This document shows positions 45,450 through 58,670 of a stretch of 64,000 bases of DNA, piece by piece. This stretch comes from Ranitomeya imitator (Eukaryota), in assembly GCF_032444005.1 (NCBI RefSeq), contig NC_091283.1:811580001-811644000 (forward strand), written 5' to 3'. The notes under the pieces are model-generated. The model saw only the letters and a list, made by a program, of their open reading frames with translations. It made no database searches and was not told where the DNA came from. The position numbers and the translations under genes are program-made. How positions within the stretch are numbered: the stretch's first letter is position 1; the number at the start of each line of letters is the position of its first letter.

Positions 45450-48388
45450 TCACCGAACCCTCACCAGAGCCCCCAGGAGGACCAGGATGAGCCATATGAA
45501 AGGCACGAACAAGATCGGGAGCATGGACATCAGAGGCAAAGACCTAGAAATTATCTTCCTGAGCATAACCCTTCCACTTAACCAGATACTGGAGTTTCCG
45601 TCTAGAAACACGAGAATCCAAATTCTTCTCCACAATATACTCCAACTCCCCCTCCACCAAAACCGGGGCAGGAGGATCAACAGATGGAACCACGGGTGCC
45701 ACGTATCTGCAACAATGACCTATGGAATACGTTATGTATGGAAAAAGAATCTGGAAGGGTCAGACGAAAAGACACAGGATTAAGAACCTCAGAAATCCTA
45801 TACGGACCAATAAAACGAGGTTTAAACTTAGGAGAGGAAACCTTCATAGGAATATGACGTGAAGATAACCAAACCAAGTCCCCAACCCGAAGTCGGGGAC
45901 CCACACAGCGTCTGCGATTAGCGAAACGTTGAGCCTTCTCCTGGGACAAGGTCAAATTGTCCACTACATGAGTCCAAATCTGCTGCAACCTGTCCACCAC
46001 AGTATCCACACCAGGACAGTCCGAAGACTCAACCTGCCCTGAAGAGAAACGAGGATGGAACCCAGAGTTGCAGAAAAACGGTGAAACCAAGGTAGCCGAG
46101 CTGGCCCGATTATTAAGGGCGAACTCAGCCAAAGGCAAGAAGGACACCCAGTCATCCTGATCAGCAGAAACAAAGCATCTCAGATATGTTTCCAAGGTCT
46201 GATTGGTTCGTTCGGTCTGGCCATTAGTCTGAGGATGGAAAGCCGAGGAAAAAGACAAGTCAATACCCATACTACCACAAAAGGCTCGCCAAAACCTCGA
46301 AACAAACTGGGAACCTCTGTCAGAAACGATATTCTCTGGAATGCCATGTAAACGAACCACATGCTGGAAAAACAATGGCACCAAATCAGAGGAGGAAGGC
46401 AATTTAGACAAGGGTACCAAATGGACCATCTTAGAGAAGCGATCACAGACCACCCAAATGACTGACATCTTTTGAGAGACGGGAAGATCTGAAATAAAAT
46501 CCATAGAGATATGTGTCCAAGGTCTCTTCGGGACAGGCAAGGGCAAAAGCAACCCACTGGCACAAGAACAGCAGGGCTTAGCCCGAGCACAAATCCCACA
46601 GGACTGCACAAAAGTACGCACATCCCGCGACAGAGATGGCCACCAAAAGGATCTAGCCACTAACTCATTGGTACCAAAGATTCCAGGATGACCAGCCAAC
46701 ACCGAACAATGAACCTCAGAGATAACTTTATTCGTCCACCTATCAGGGACAAACAGTTTCTCCGCTGGGCAACGATCAGGTTTATCCGCCTGAAATTTTT
46801 GCAGCACCCGCCGCAAATCAGGGGAGATGGCAGACACAATTACTCCCTCTTTGAGGATACCCGCCGGCTCAGATACACCCGAAGAGTCGGGCACAAAACT
46901 CCTAGACAGAGCATCCGCCTTCACATTTTTAGAGCCCGGAAGATATGAAATCACAAAGTCAAAATGGGCAAAAAACAACGACCAACGAGCTTGTCTAGGA
47001 TTCAACCGCTTGGCGGACTCGAGATAAGTCAAGTTCTTATGATCAGTCAAGACCACCACGCGATGCTTAGCTCCTTCAAGCCAATGACGCCACTCCTCGA
47101 ATGCCCACTTCATGGCCAGCAACTCTCGATTGCCCACATCATAATTTCGCTCAGCAGGCGAAAACTTCCTGGAAAAGAAGGCGCATGGTTTCATCCCCGA
47201 GCAATCAGAACTTCTCTGCGACAAAACAGCCCCTGCTCCAATCTCAGAAGCATCAACCTCGACCTGGAACGGAAGCGAAACATCTGGTTGACACAACACA
47301 GGGGCAGAAGAAAAACTACGCTTTAACTCTTGAAAAGCTTCCACAGCAGCAGAAGACCAATTGACCACATCAGCACCTTTCTTGGTCAAATCGGTCAATG
47401 GTTTAGCAATACTAGAAAAATTGCAGATGAAGCGACGATAAAAATTAGCAAAGCCCAGGAACTTTTGCAGACTTTTCAGAGATGTCGGCTGAGTCCAATT
47501 ATGGATGGCTTGGACCTTAACAGGGTCCATCTCAATAGTAGAAGGGGAAAAGATGAACCCCAAAAATGAAACCTTCTGGACACCAAAGAGACACTTTGAT
47601 CCCTTCACAAACAAAGGATTAGCACGCAGGACCTGAAACACCGTTCTGACCTGCTTCACATGAGACTCCCAATCATCCGAGAAGATCAAAATGTCATCTA
47701 AGTACACAATCAGGAATTTATCCAGGTACTCTCGGAAGATGTCATGCATAAAGGACTGAAACACTGATGGAGCATTGGCAAGTCCGAATGGCATTACTAG
47801 ATACTCAAAATGGCCCTCGGTCGCATTAAATGCAGTTTTCCACTCATCGCCTCGCTTAATACGCACAAGATTATACGCACCACGAAGATCTATCTTGGTG
47901 AACCAACTAGCCCCCTTAATGCGAGCAAACAAATCAGATAATAATGGCAAAGGGTACTGAAATTTAACCGTGATCTTATTTAGAAGGCGGTAATCTATAC
48001 AAGTTCTCAGTGAACCATCCTTCTTGGCCACAAAAAAGAACCCTGCTCCCAATGGCGACGATGACGGGCGAATATGCCCCTTCTCCAAAGACTCCTTCAC
48101 ATAACTCCGCATAGCGGCGTGCTCAGGCACAGATAAATTAAACAGTCGACCTTTTAGGAATTTACTACCAGGAATCAAATCGATAGCACAATCACAATCC
48201 CTATGCGGAGGTAGGGTATCGGACTTGGGCTCATCAAATAAATCCCGGTAATCAGACAAGAACTCAGGAACCTCAGAAGGGATGGATGACGAAATAGTCA
48301 GAAATGGGACATCACCATGTACCCCCTGACAACCCCAGCTGTTAACAGACATGGATTTCCAATCTAATACTGGATTATGGACTTGTAG
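45450..48388 (-). pseudogene. pol region: RT, RNase H, integrase, chromodomain (frameshift ~45708, stop at 45544-45546)
   Basis: RT YLDDILIFS and KIDLRGAYNL; RNase H DAS..NYDVGNRELLA..TDHKNL; integrase HHCC, ISMDFI, VSDRGSQF, QTERTNQ; chromodomain [10 protein letters not shown] in the shifted frame. Confidence 0.93.
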
Positions 48389-49486
48389 CTATGGCAACCC
48401 CAACACGACCACATCATGCAGATTATGCAACACCAGAAAGCGAATAACCTCCTGATGTGCAGGAGCCATGCACATGGTCAGCTGGGTCCAGTACTGAGGC
48501 TTATTCTTGGCCAAAGGCGTAGCATCAATTCCTCTCAATGGAATAGGACACTGCAAGGGCTCCAAGAAAAACCCACAACGCCTAGCATACTCCAAGTCCA
48601 TCAAATTCAGAGCAGCGCCTGAGTCCCCAAATGCCATGACAAAATACGATGACAAAGAGCAGATCAAGGTAACGGACAGAAGAAATTTTGACTGTACCGT
48701 ACCAATGGTGGCAGACCTAGCGAACCGCTTAGTGCGCTTAGGACAATCAGAGATAGCATGAGTGGAATCACCACAGTAGAAACACAGCCCATTCAGACGT
48801 CTGTGTTCTTGCCGTTCAACTCTGGTCAAAGTCCTATCGCACTGCATAGGCTCAGGTTTAAGCTCAGGTAATACTGCCAAGTGGTGCACAGATTTACGCT
48901 CGCGCAAGCGTCGACCGATCTGAATGGCCAAAGACATAGACTCATTCAGACCAGCAGGCATAGGAAATCCCAGCATGACATCCTTAAGGGCTTCAGAGAG
49001 ACCTCTTCTGAAAATAGCCGCGAGCGCACCTTCATTCCACTGAGTGAGTACAGACCACTTTCTAAATTTCTGACAATATACCTCTATCTCATCCTGACCC
49101 TGACACAGAGCCAGCAAATTCTTCTCTGCCTGATCCACTGAATTAGGCTCATCGTACAGCAATCCGAGCGCCAGGAAAAACGCATCGATATTACTTAATG
49201 CAGGATCTCCTGGCGCAAGGGAAAATGCCCAGTCTTGAGGGTCGCCACGCAAAAAAGAAATAACAATTCTCACTTGTTGAACTGGATCACCAGAGGAGCG
49301 AGGTTTCAAGGCCAGAAACAGTTTGCAATTATTTTTGAAATTCACAAACTTGGCTCTATCACCATAAAACAAATCAGGAATAGGAATTCTTGGTTCTAAC
49401 ATAGGCTTCTGAACCACCAAATCTTGAATCTTTTGTACATTTATAACAAGATTATCCAATGAAGAGCACAGACCCTGAATATCCAT
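48389..49486 (-). pseudogene. gag + aspartic protease, ended by a premature TAG in frame with pol
   Basis: ATG 49486 MDIQGL; capsid PDLFYGDR..FLRGDPQDWA; zinc knuckle CFYCGDSTHAISDC; protease DSGA; reading continues GLP*LQVHNPVLDW into RT. Confidence 0.9.
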
Positions 49487-49621
49487 GTCCACACCTGTGT
49501 CCTGAACTACCCAAATGTCTAGGGGAAAAAAAAGGCAAAACACAGTGCAAAGAAAAAAAAATGGTCTCAGAACTTCTTTTTTCCCTCTATTGAGAATCAT
49601 TAGTACTCTGGCCTCCAGTAC

Positions 49622-50433
49622 TGTTATGATTAGGTAATTCAGTATCACAATGGACATAGAGGTCAGCGCACATACAGTGACCTGGCAATAACCCAAAAAA
49701 CAAGAACAGCTCTGAGACGTGGGAACTCTGTTGACCGCAATCCCTAATCCTCTCCAACCACACTAAAGGCAGCCGTGGATTGAGCCTAACGCTCCCTATG
49801 CAACTCGACACGGCCTGAGAAACTAGCTAGCCTGAAGATAGAAAATAAGCCTACCTTGCCTCAGAGAAATATCCCCAAAGGAAAAGGCATCCCCCACATA
49901 TAATGACTGTGAGTTAAGATGAAAAGACAAACGTAGAGATGAAATAGATTTAGCAAAGCGAGGCCCAACTTTCTGAACAGAGCGAGGATAGGAAAGGTAA
50001 CTTTGCGGTCAACACAAAACCCTACAAAAACCACGCAAAGGGGGCAAAAAGACCCTCCGTACCGAACTAACGGCACGGAGGTACACCCTCTGCGTCCCAG
50101 AGCTTCCAGCAAGCAGGAAAAAACAAATAGACAAGCTGGACAGAAAAAAACAGCAAACAAATAGCAAAGAATAACTTAGCTATGCAGAGCAGCAGGCCAC
50201 AGGAACGATCCAGGAGGAGACAGGTCCAATACTAGAACATTGACTGGAGGCCAGGATCAAAGCACTAGGTGGAGTTAAATAGAGCAGCACCTAACGACTT
50301 CACCATATCACCTGAGGAAGGAAACTCAGAAGCCGCAGTACCACTTTCCTCCACCAACGGAAGCTCACAGAGAGAATCAGCCGAAGTACCACTTGTAACC
50401 ACAAGAGGGAGCTCTGCCACAGAATTCACAACA
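49622..50433 (-). repeat. 5' LTR of the Gypsy element
   Basis: Direct repeat of 44614-45425; TATA-like TATTTAA on minus strand at 50281-50275. Confidence 0.95.
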
Positions 50434-50618
50434 CATGTGGTTCCCTTACCAATGCCCTTTAAGGGTAATGAATGGGAAAGTTTCTATAACTTTTGCATCA
50501 GGTATAACCAATTTTGGCTTAGAGGATCACCACATGTAATCGGATATTACAGTATCAGCATGCCGAGGAACCTAAGAGCATTGCATGGTCTTCTCCCATG
50601 CCTTTCTTGAAGGCTTAA

Positions 50619-51360
50619 GGTACCTTCACACTGAGCAACTTTAGAACAATAACAACAACGATCCGTGACGTTGCAGCGTCCTGGATAGCGATATCGTTGT
50701 GTTTGACACGCAGCAGCGATCAGGATCCTGCTGTGACATCGCTGGTCGGAGCTAGAAGGCCAGAACTTTATTTCGTCGCTGGATCACCCGCTGATATCGC
50801 TGGATCGGCGTGTGTGATGCCGATCCAGCAATGTGTTCACTGGTAACCAGGGTAAATATCGGGTTACTAAGCGCAGGGCCGCGCTTAGTAACCCGATGTT
50901 TACCCTGGTTACCATTGTAAATGTAAAAAAAAAAAAACAGTACATACTTACATTCCGGTGTCTGTCACGTCCCCCGGCGTCAGCTTCCCTGCACTGTGTC
51001 AGCGCCGGCCGTAAAGCAGAGCACAGCGGTGACATCACCGCTCTGCCTTACGGACGGCGCTTACACAGTGCAGGGAAGCTGACGCCGGGGGACGTGACAG
51101 ACACCGGAATGTGAGTATGTAGTGTGTTTTTTTTTTTACATTTACAATGGTAACCAGGGTAAATATCGGGTTACTAAGCGCGGCCCTGCGCTTAGTAACC
51201 CGATGTTTACCCTGGTTACCAGGGTACTTAGGCATCGTTGGTCGCTGGAGAGTTGTCTGTGTGACAGCTCTCCAGCGACCACACAACGACTAAACAGCGA
51301 CGCTGCAGCGATCGGCATCGTTGTCTATATCGCTGCGGCGTCGCTTAATGTGATGGTACC
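50619..51360. mobile_element. Fold-back MITE with GGTACC termini at a TTAA-type site
   Basis: TTAA-GGTACCTTCACAC ... TGTGATGGTACC-TTTA with long internal inverted repeats. Confidence 0.75.
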
Positions 51361-53958
51361 TTTAGTCAAGTATGTTTTCCAAGACCTCCTTCCTAGCTTC
51401 ATGTCTGGGAAGGGGGTAATAAGGATTGTAATGAAGCTTGTAAGCCCCAATTCAAAATCTACAATAGTGCCTCCATCCATCACAGGCCTCTAATAGAATT
51501 GGTCTGATATGGGTCAAAGGGACCTTTTGGGCCCAACCTCTGCATTCTCTATAAATACGCCCCTGCCTACAAATTCCTTACGGCATGTCTCAGGTATCTG
51601 AAGTCGTGCTCTAGGTTTGGCCTTGTATTGTGTGTAGTTCTTGCGTATTCTGTTCTTCACAGTGTTAAGCAGTTGTATACACGGCGGCGGCATTATCCTG
51701 TATGTAAATAAGCCTTCTGTGCCTTACATGGTCTGCACACAGACTGAGTCATCTTTAGCTAATTCTTCTCCACTCCAGGGTTGTCTACAAGGGTCAAATA
51801 ACTTGTGAGACTGGTTCCTACACATACCTGAGAGCTGGGGAGCACTCCAGTGCAAGTTATCAGCAAACTCTCATTCTCCAACCTGCCAGGAAAGGGCTGA
51901 GACCTGGCTCTTCCAGTTTTGTGAAATGATTGTGTCACAGGACCAGGGTCTGTCTTCACAATGAGGAACCCAAAAACGCTCAAACCGCCATATTCAGATA
52001 TGGGGGAGAAGTGGCTGCTGCTGGGTTTCCTTTATCTTTCGCTGAACGGTGAGTAATTTGGGTGACAGAACGGTGCACATGTGGGGAGTGGGGACCTAGG
52101 AAGTCCTAGTAATACACTCGGCAGGGTGTAATATAACCATGAGAAAGAATGGGGATCTGATCCGTCAGGACTCAAAGTTCGGGATTACTTTGTCCTTTGT
52201 GTCTTTTGCTCCTTTTCTTACTTTCTTAGTGACCTGCAATACTTTTCCCATTCTCGTTTCCTATCGTCGACATTTATGGCTAAGGATTGGAGATAGGCAA
52301 CCTTAATCACTTCTGTCTCGCCATAGCTGATATGCTTTCTACCTTGGCATTGTTATGGAACCTGCCTATCCAGGAAGGTGACTGCTTACATACACGGCAA
52401 TCCTTATTATAATGTTTATTGGTATTAGCAGCCATAATATTATTATTACTATATTATTATAGCCCGAGCTCGGGGAATTTGTCTCATCCAGTCCATAACT
52501 ATACGTACAGAGGTGGCTATTACATTATGGGTTTGGCTATTATCCATGTGGTAGAGCTAGATACTGTAATAACGACCCCATTACCTGCTCTAGGTTCCTA
52601 CTGTTTTGTGCCTCTGATTTTATAGCTGTGGCAGGCCCCTTTGCGTGCTTTATTTTACAGGTATTCTCCACTAGAAATATCTCCTTCCTTGTAGATGAAA
52701 ACCGTTTTCACTCCATCCGTGAACAAGGGTCCGATTTTTCGGATCAGACTTTGATCAAAGCGGCATCAATTTTTCTAGAACGTAGAAAGAAAATGTCTCC
52801 ATTTTTGGACACGTGCACAGGCCCATATCATAGGCACAAGGCTATTCGTGAAAACCACAGATAGGACTCATCCAATATAATCGATCGCATGCACGAGTAT
52901 TTGCAAGTGAGGGGATATGCGATACACAATGAACATAGTAATAGTTCTGGACCATCATTAGGGGGTTTCAAAGTGCACCATGCGCAATCTAGAAGGACGT
53001 TGGAAGCTGCAATTTTGGACCAAAAGCAAAACAAGAAAAGAATGCACATCCCAAAAAATACATTTTTAAATATTTATTATGTATTCAAAAAAACGTCCAA
53101 CCAAAAAAAACATTTAAAAAACAACATTTTGAAAAGTACTACGCTAATAAAATAAACTGCTATCCCCCATATGGCTAGAACTAACACCACCACTATCATA
53201 CACACTGTATTAGGGTAGTAACCTTCAAAATTGTGTTTTTGAAAATGTCTGTGTCTTTGTGTTGAAAGTTTTAGATACACAATTAATATTTCAAAATTTA
53301 ATTTGCAGCCTTTTTTCGACACCTGCCTAGAACTTTTGCACATTATTGTACATACAGTAGAATGCTTTTAAAGGGTGGTTACACTAAATTTGGATGCATA
53401 TTGCCCTTTTACTCATTCGCGTTGCTGTCATATAATCAAATTAATAGAAGCCATGGTGAGATCTAGGGGAGAAAAAACATTTGAGGGCGCGTTTAAAATA
53501 ATATGTGTTGTACTATGGGTTTTACTTGGTTAGCAGCATACCTTCAAGTATAAGGCATTTTAAGAGCTCGTACATTGTGGTCATTATTAAGAAAAATGTA
53601 GTCTGGGCAAAGATTCTGTTTGCAGTCATAGCCCTGTATCTAATTGCCCTGATTGAGACTAAGTGTCTTTTTGGCTTTCACCACCTCTTTCCCCCATGTA
53701 TCCAGCGGAGACCCTCTCAAAGAAGTGTTCCATTTGTTCCGTATGGATGTATCAGGGTAATGCAAAGACAAGTCAGAAACATTCTAAACCAGACTTTAGT
53801 CAGAGTAAGGTCCTAACTTTGGTTTAGTTGAACTGTCGAGGTCAGTGTCGTGTCCTCTATAGAGAACATGAAACAATGCCATATTTTGAAGTATGAAACC
53901 AGAATAAAGAACTATATAAATGGTTGCCACTTTCCCCATCTACGTTTTTGTGGGTTTC

Positions 53959-54595
53959 TGTCACACTGTGACGGTCTTTGGTAAGGAAGAGGGGCGTCAA
54001 ACTGTCCCTGGAACTGGGAACCTAACTATCTCTGAAGGCAGAGGCCAAAGTCTTCGACCTTACTCCGCTAGTGTTAAACCATTATCTGTCCCCTCCCCCA
54101 CCCCATGAGGCATGGGACAGAAATGAAAGGTAAACAAGACACAAAGACAAAACAGGGATAACAGAAAACCTCTATCATACAAAAGTACTAACCAACAATA
54201 GGGAGGAGGATAGGGACAGGGAGGAATACACTGAATGGGAACAGGGACCAGAAGATAAACATACACGTATTACAGCAAACCACAGAACCCTACTACAACA
54301 ACTCTACCCCAACCACTTAGCTTTAGCACACAGCACAGGAAGACAAATCTTTCACCGGCATGAACCAGAAGGTTTTTATAGGAAGAGGAAATGACCAGGT
54401 CAGAAGCAGCTGAAATGGAGCTGCATGTTTCTAACCAGTAAAGAAAGGGTTGTTAACCTCTTCAGCACCTGAGTAAACCACATCGATTTAATATGGGACA
54501 CAAATCCCAATATCTCTAAAGAAGACCTCTGATTCATTACCCTACGTGACCATCTAACTCCAGGTCTTCCAGAGGAACGTGGATAAAATTATAGC
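53959..54595. mobile_element. Probable solo LTR
   Basis: TGTCACAC start and LTR-like composition, degenerate right end; no TSD confirmed. Confidence 0.4.
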
Positions 54596-54739
54596 AAATT
54601 CACTGCACTCCAGGAATAGGTGCTCAAGAAGGGTCCAATACCGGTAATATATAGTAGAAAAAACTTGGCTCTCAAATTGTAGTTTGAACAATATATATCT
54701 TTTAATTGAATAGCAGTCAAAGAAAGTGAGAGTAATACA

Positions 54740-55600
54740 TGTAGACATTTCGGTCCAATACTACCTTCATCAGTATACTCTATAGCAGTGTTCCCCAACT
54801 CCAGTCCTCAAGAGCCACCAACAGGTCGTGTTTTCAGAATTTCCTTAGTATGGCCCAGGTGATTTAATTGATGCCTGTCTAGATGATGGAATTCTCACCT
54901 GGGAAATGCTAAGGAAATCCTGAAAACATGACCCGTTGGTGGCTCTTGAGGACCGAACTTGGGGAACACTGCTCTATGTATAGAAAATTCTACAGTCAAG
55001 TCAATATATCTTAAACATCTGGCATCAGAGCCAGGATTAACATCTATGTGATGGTAGATTTAAAGTTATATCACCATGTACAAATACGGCTACCCTACCA
55101 GATGAGGGTGAGGGGGAAGGTACGATAGGACCCAGTGTCCTGTAAGAGATATTTCAATAAGGAGATATGGGAAGTACCAGCGAGTGATATACAGTTTAAC
55201 AGGCGTATATTTGACAAATGAGAGAACAAATGGAGCAGGATATGTCAGATTATGGAGCTTACTGTATGAAAGCGAGTAACTCATAATCTTTATTCAGGCA
55301 GTTTGGAGCCAGAGCTTGGAGGTCATAAGGCCTTCCTATGTATAAGATGGCGTATACGGTCACCACCTCGTCTCAGGGGAGGGACGTGCTCAGTGACTTG
55401 AAACTTTAGTTGTGAGACATTGTGGCCGACCGTGACAAAATGATGAGGTACAGGTAGCATCTATTAGTTGACCTATGTTTTGATATCCTGTCTTTGATGG
55501 GCTGAGTGGTCTTTCCTATATAAAAGTGTCCACACGGGCATTTAATCAGATAGATAAACTACGTAAGATGTGTCACAGGTGACAAAGTCTCTAATGGGAA
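54740..55600 (-). mobile_element. Penelope-like element relic: GIY-YIG endonuclease (55259-55598) plus downstream hammerhead motif
   Basis: Minus strand reads PIRDFVTCDTSYVVYL/IKCPCGHFYIGKTTQPIKDRISKHRS...HFVTVGHNVSQLKFQVTEHV...LNKDYEL; CTGATGA (54773-54767) and GAAA (54751-54748) on the same strand. Confidence 0.8.
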
Positions 55601-57159
55601 GCCTTTTGCCAGTCTCCTTATAGAAAAATTCAATGAATAGATATCTATTGTTCAGCTACACTTTTGCCAAGTTTATTCTACTATATATTGAAGAGGGATG
55701 TGACGACCTCGCGACAGTCTCCCAGGTACTCTGATTTCCATCCACACGCCAGAAAACATGCTAGTGAGTGAATATGAGAGCTGAAAATAGAACCAACATC
55801 CACTTACAAAACTTAACGACTGGTGCCAAAAGAACCGCAATGTTATGTTCCTTGTTGGGGTGGAGATATCAGCAGGTTACCTAAGCCGAAAGGCAAAAAG
55901 AACAAAAAAAAACATGTTCCCCTTGAGCAGATGTCTGATGGACAGCCTGAGTAGGAGGTGGTGTCCAACAGAAGTGTCTGCATCGTAGATAGCTTGTGGT
56001 GGGGGTGAGTAGCACTTACCTAAAATGGAATGACGCCATATGGGGTATAGAGAGACCTACAGAACATTAAAGCATGAAACTCCAGCCTTTACTGCTTTTT
56101 GTATAGTTTGTCCCAGGTGGAGACAAGTCCTCTTGCACGAGAGTGCCAGCATTACAGAGAGAGGGCAAGGAGGCTTATTCCTGAGAATCCTTTTGAGGTT
56201 TTGGTGGCTTTGTCCCTTCTTCTAGGCATGAAGAAAGGGGGAAGCTCCTAAAATGTAGTAAGTTATGTGCATAGTCGTTATGTTTGTATAACATTAGCCA
56301 GTTTTTATATACAGAACTGTGATTTGTATGTGTTTTTGATGCCTGAGTGTGACTGTTATATGGCAGCTAAGTGAGTAGGCCACAGGAGTGTGTAAGACTG
56401 ACACAGGGCATTGCTGTTTGGAGAGGTGACGGACAAAGAGGAGGGGAACTGCAAAGTGTGGCAAGTACCAGCCCAATATAACAAAGCCAAGCCTTTGGCC
56501 CTGTGAGTTTGTAACCACCAAGCACATTACCTCTTGAGAGACCCTATAACCATTAGGCTGGTTGCCTCTCTATGAGTAATGCTGTTGTTGAGCTGTCTCT
56601 GTTCTGTGCCCATCAGAAATTTTGACCACATCCCTAAATAGGGAAGCACTGAATGACCGTTGGGGCCATCCCGCATTTATATAAAGGGGCACCCTTCCAC
56701 CCAACAGCATGGAGGCTGTAATACCATAGGAAAATTGTATGCAACAGTTATGTCAGTGACCGGTAAGTGCATTGTCTGCACAGGACAGTGTTAGAGACAA
56801 GAGGAAATGTCATAAACCATAAATACCAAGTCATATAAATAATTAGTACATCCCTATTCATTACATGGAAATGGCACCCCGCAGAACACAATGGGAGATT
56901 GTTCACAGAATAACACAGGACTTTACAAGGATTTACTTGTTATACACGTCTGGATAATCTCTAAATCCCATAAATAGGAAGGAATTGAAAAGGGGACTGA
57001 CGTGCGCCAGTGCCGAGTCACAATGCGATGATAATCGACATTTACACACCTGTAACCTTTTACCTGTGCACTAAATAGAGAGCTGAGGATAGTCAGTATG
57101 TATGGAATGAGCAGTCAGCGTCTGTTCACACATTTTGCAACAAAAATACCTAACAAATG

Positions 57160-57330
57160 TAGAAAACAATGCATGTGAATGCAACAAATGCAGCAAGCAA
57201 TGCATGTGAATACAACAAATGCAGCAAACAATGCATGTGAATGCAACAAATGCAGCATGAAATGCATGTGAATACAACAAATGCAGCAAACAATGCATGT
57301 GAATGTAACAAATGCAGCAAACAATGCATT
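57160..57330. repeat. ~30-bp minisatellite (AACAAATGCAGCAAACAATGCATGTGAAT)
   Basis: Five to six tandem copies. Confidence 0.85.
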
Positions 57331-57764
57331 TCAATGAGGTTTTAGATGTTTTTGTTTGAATGAGAGTTTTTTTTAACCCTTTTCATCCCAATGTAAAAAT
57401 TACCCTCGGCTGCAAAATAATACATTGCTTGCTGTTATATACTCTGTAAAATCAGAATCCTGTTCATTAGTACGGATACAGACTATGGACCTACAGGCAC
57501 TTCATGTGCCGACTTATGTAGCTTCCATGAGGCACCATATTCTCCTTGAAGGGTGCACTATGTCCGCAAAGAGACATATCTGCAGTGTAAATTCCCCATA
57601 TCTGATGACATTGTTGCACTAAATTGTGCAGATTTAGTTTTTATTTGTTTATTCCATTGGGAGAAGTAAGCAGAAAATATCCCCAGCATAAACTGAAAAG
57701 CTGCTGAAAGGGAGAGGGAAGGAGGTTGTCACTCAGGGTTTTACGGTACATGGCTCCATCCATT

Positions 57765-58670
57765 CTCCCATTGACATGGTGAAGTAGTCCTGTGCCCTTA
57801 GCAGAGAAACGCTCTCAAAAGATAATGTTTCCACCTCCATGCTTAACAGTGGGGATGGTGTTTTTTTGGCCATAGGCAGCATTTCTCTTCCTCCAAACAC
57901 GGCGAGTTGTGTTTATGCCTCAATTTTGTCTCCTCTGACCACAGCACCTTCTTCCAGTCACTCACAGAATCATCCAGGTGTTCATTGGCAAACTTCAGAC
58001 AGACCTACACATGTGCCTTCTTGAGCCGGAGGACCTTGTGGGCACTGCAGGATATTAAACCTTTACGGCATAATGTGTTACCAATGGTTTGCTTGGTGAC
58101 TGTGGTCCCAGCTGCCTTGAGATCATTAAGTTCCTTCCGTGTAGTTTTAGGCTGATCTCTCACATTCCTCATGATCAAGGATTCCCCACGAGGTGAGATT
58201 TTGCTAGGTGCCCCAGATCAATGTCGATTGCACCAACAGTTGTCTCCTCACACAGCATCTTACTTATGGTTGTGTAGCCCATTACAGCTTTGTGCAGGTC
58301 TATGCTCTTTTCCCTGACATCCTTATAAAGCTCTTTGGTCTTGCCCATGTTGTAGAGGTTAGAGTCTGACTGATTAATTGAGTCTGCGGACAAGAGGTTT
58401 TTTTTTAAAGGTGACTATGTAAGGCACCTATCTTTAATGCAGTTAATGAGTTTATTAGGAGCGTCTAACTGGTCTGTAGGAGCCAGAACTCTTAATGGTT
58501 GGGGATCAAATACTTATTGCTCACTGCAAAATGCAAATAAATTTATATAATTTATACAATGGGATTTTCTGGATTTTATTTTTTATATTAAAATTATAGA
58601 CTGTTCATGTCTTTGTCAGTGGGCAAACTTACAAAATCAGCAAGGGATCAAATACTTATTTCCCCCGCTG
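57765..58670 (-). mobile_element. Degenerate, truncated Tc1 element
   Basis: [33 protein letters not shown]-terminus on minus strand; terminal ...CCCCGCTG|TA. Confidence 0.7.

Larger units (their letters stand above)
44614..50433 (-). mobile_element. Full-length Ty3/Gypsy chromovirus (sushi-like) LTR retrotransposon
   Basis: Two ~812-bp TG...CA LTRs, CATGTG on both flanks, polypurine tract at 45426-45440, gag-PR-RT-RH-IN-chromodomain order. Confidence 0.96.

Noticed and set aside
51360-53900. Possible decayed LINE (L1/Tx1) or LTR internal sequence
   Set aside because: Only scattered, mutually inconsistent motif hints with many stops; cannot assign a class.
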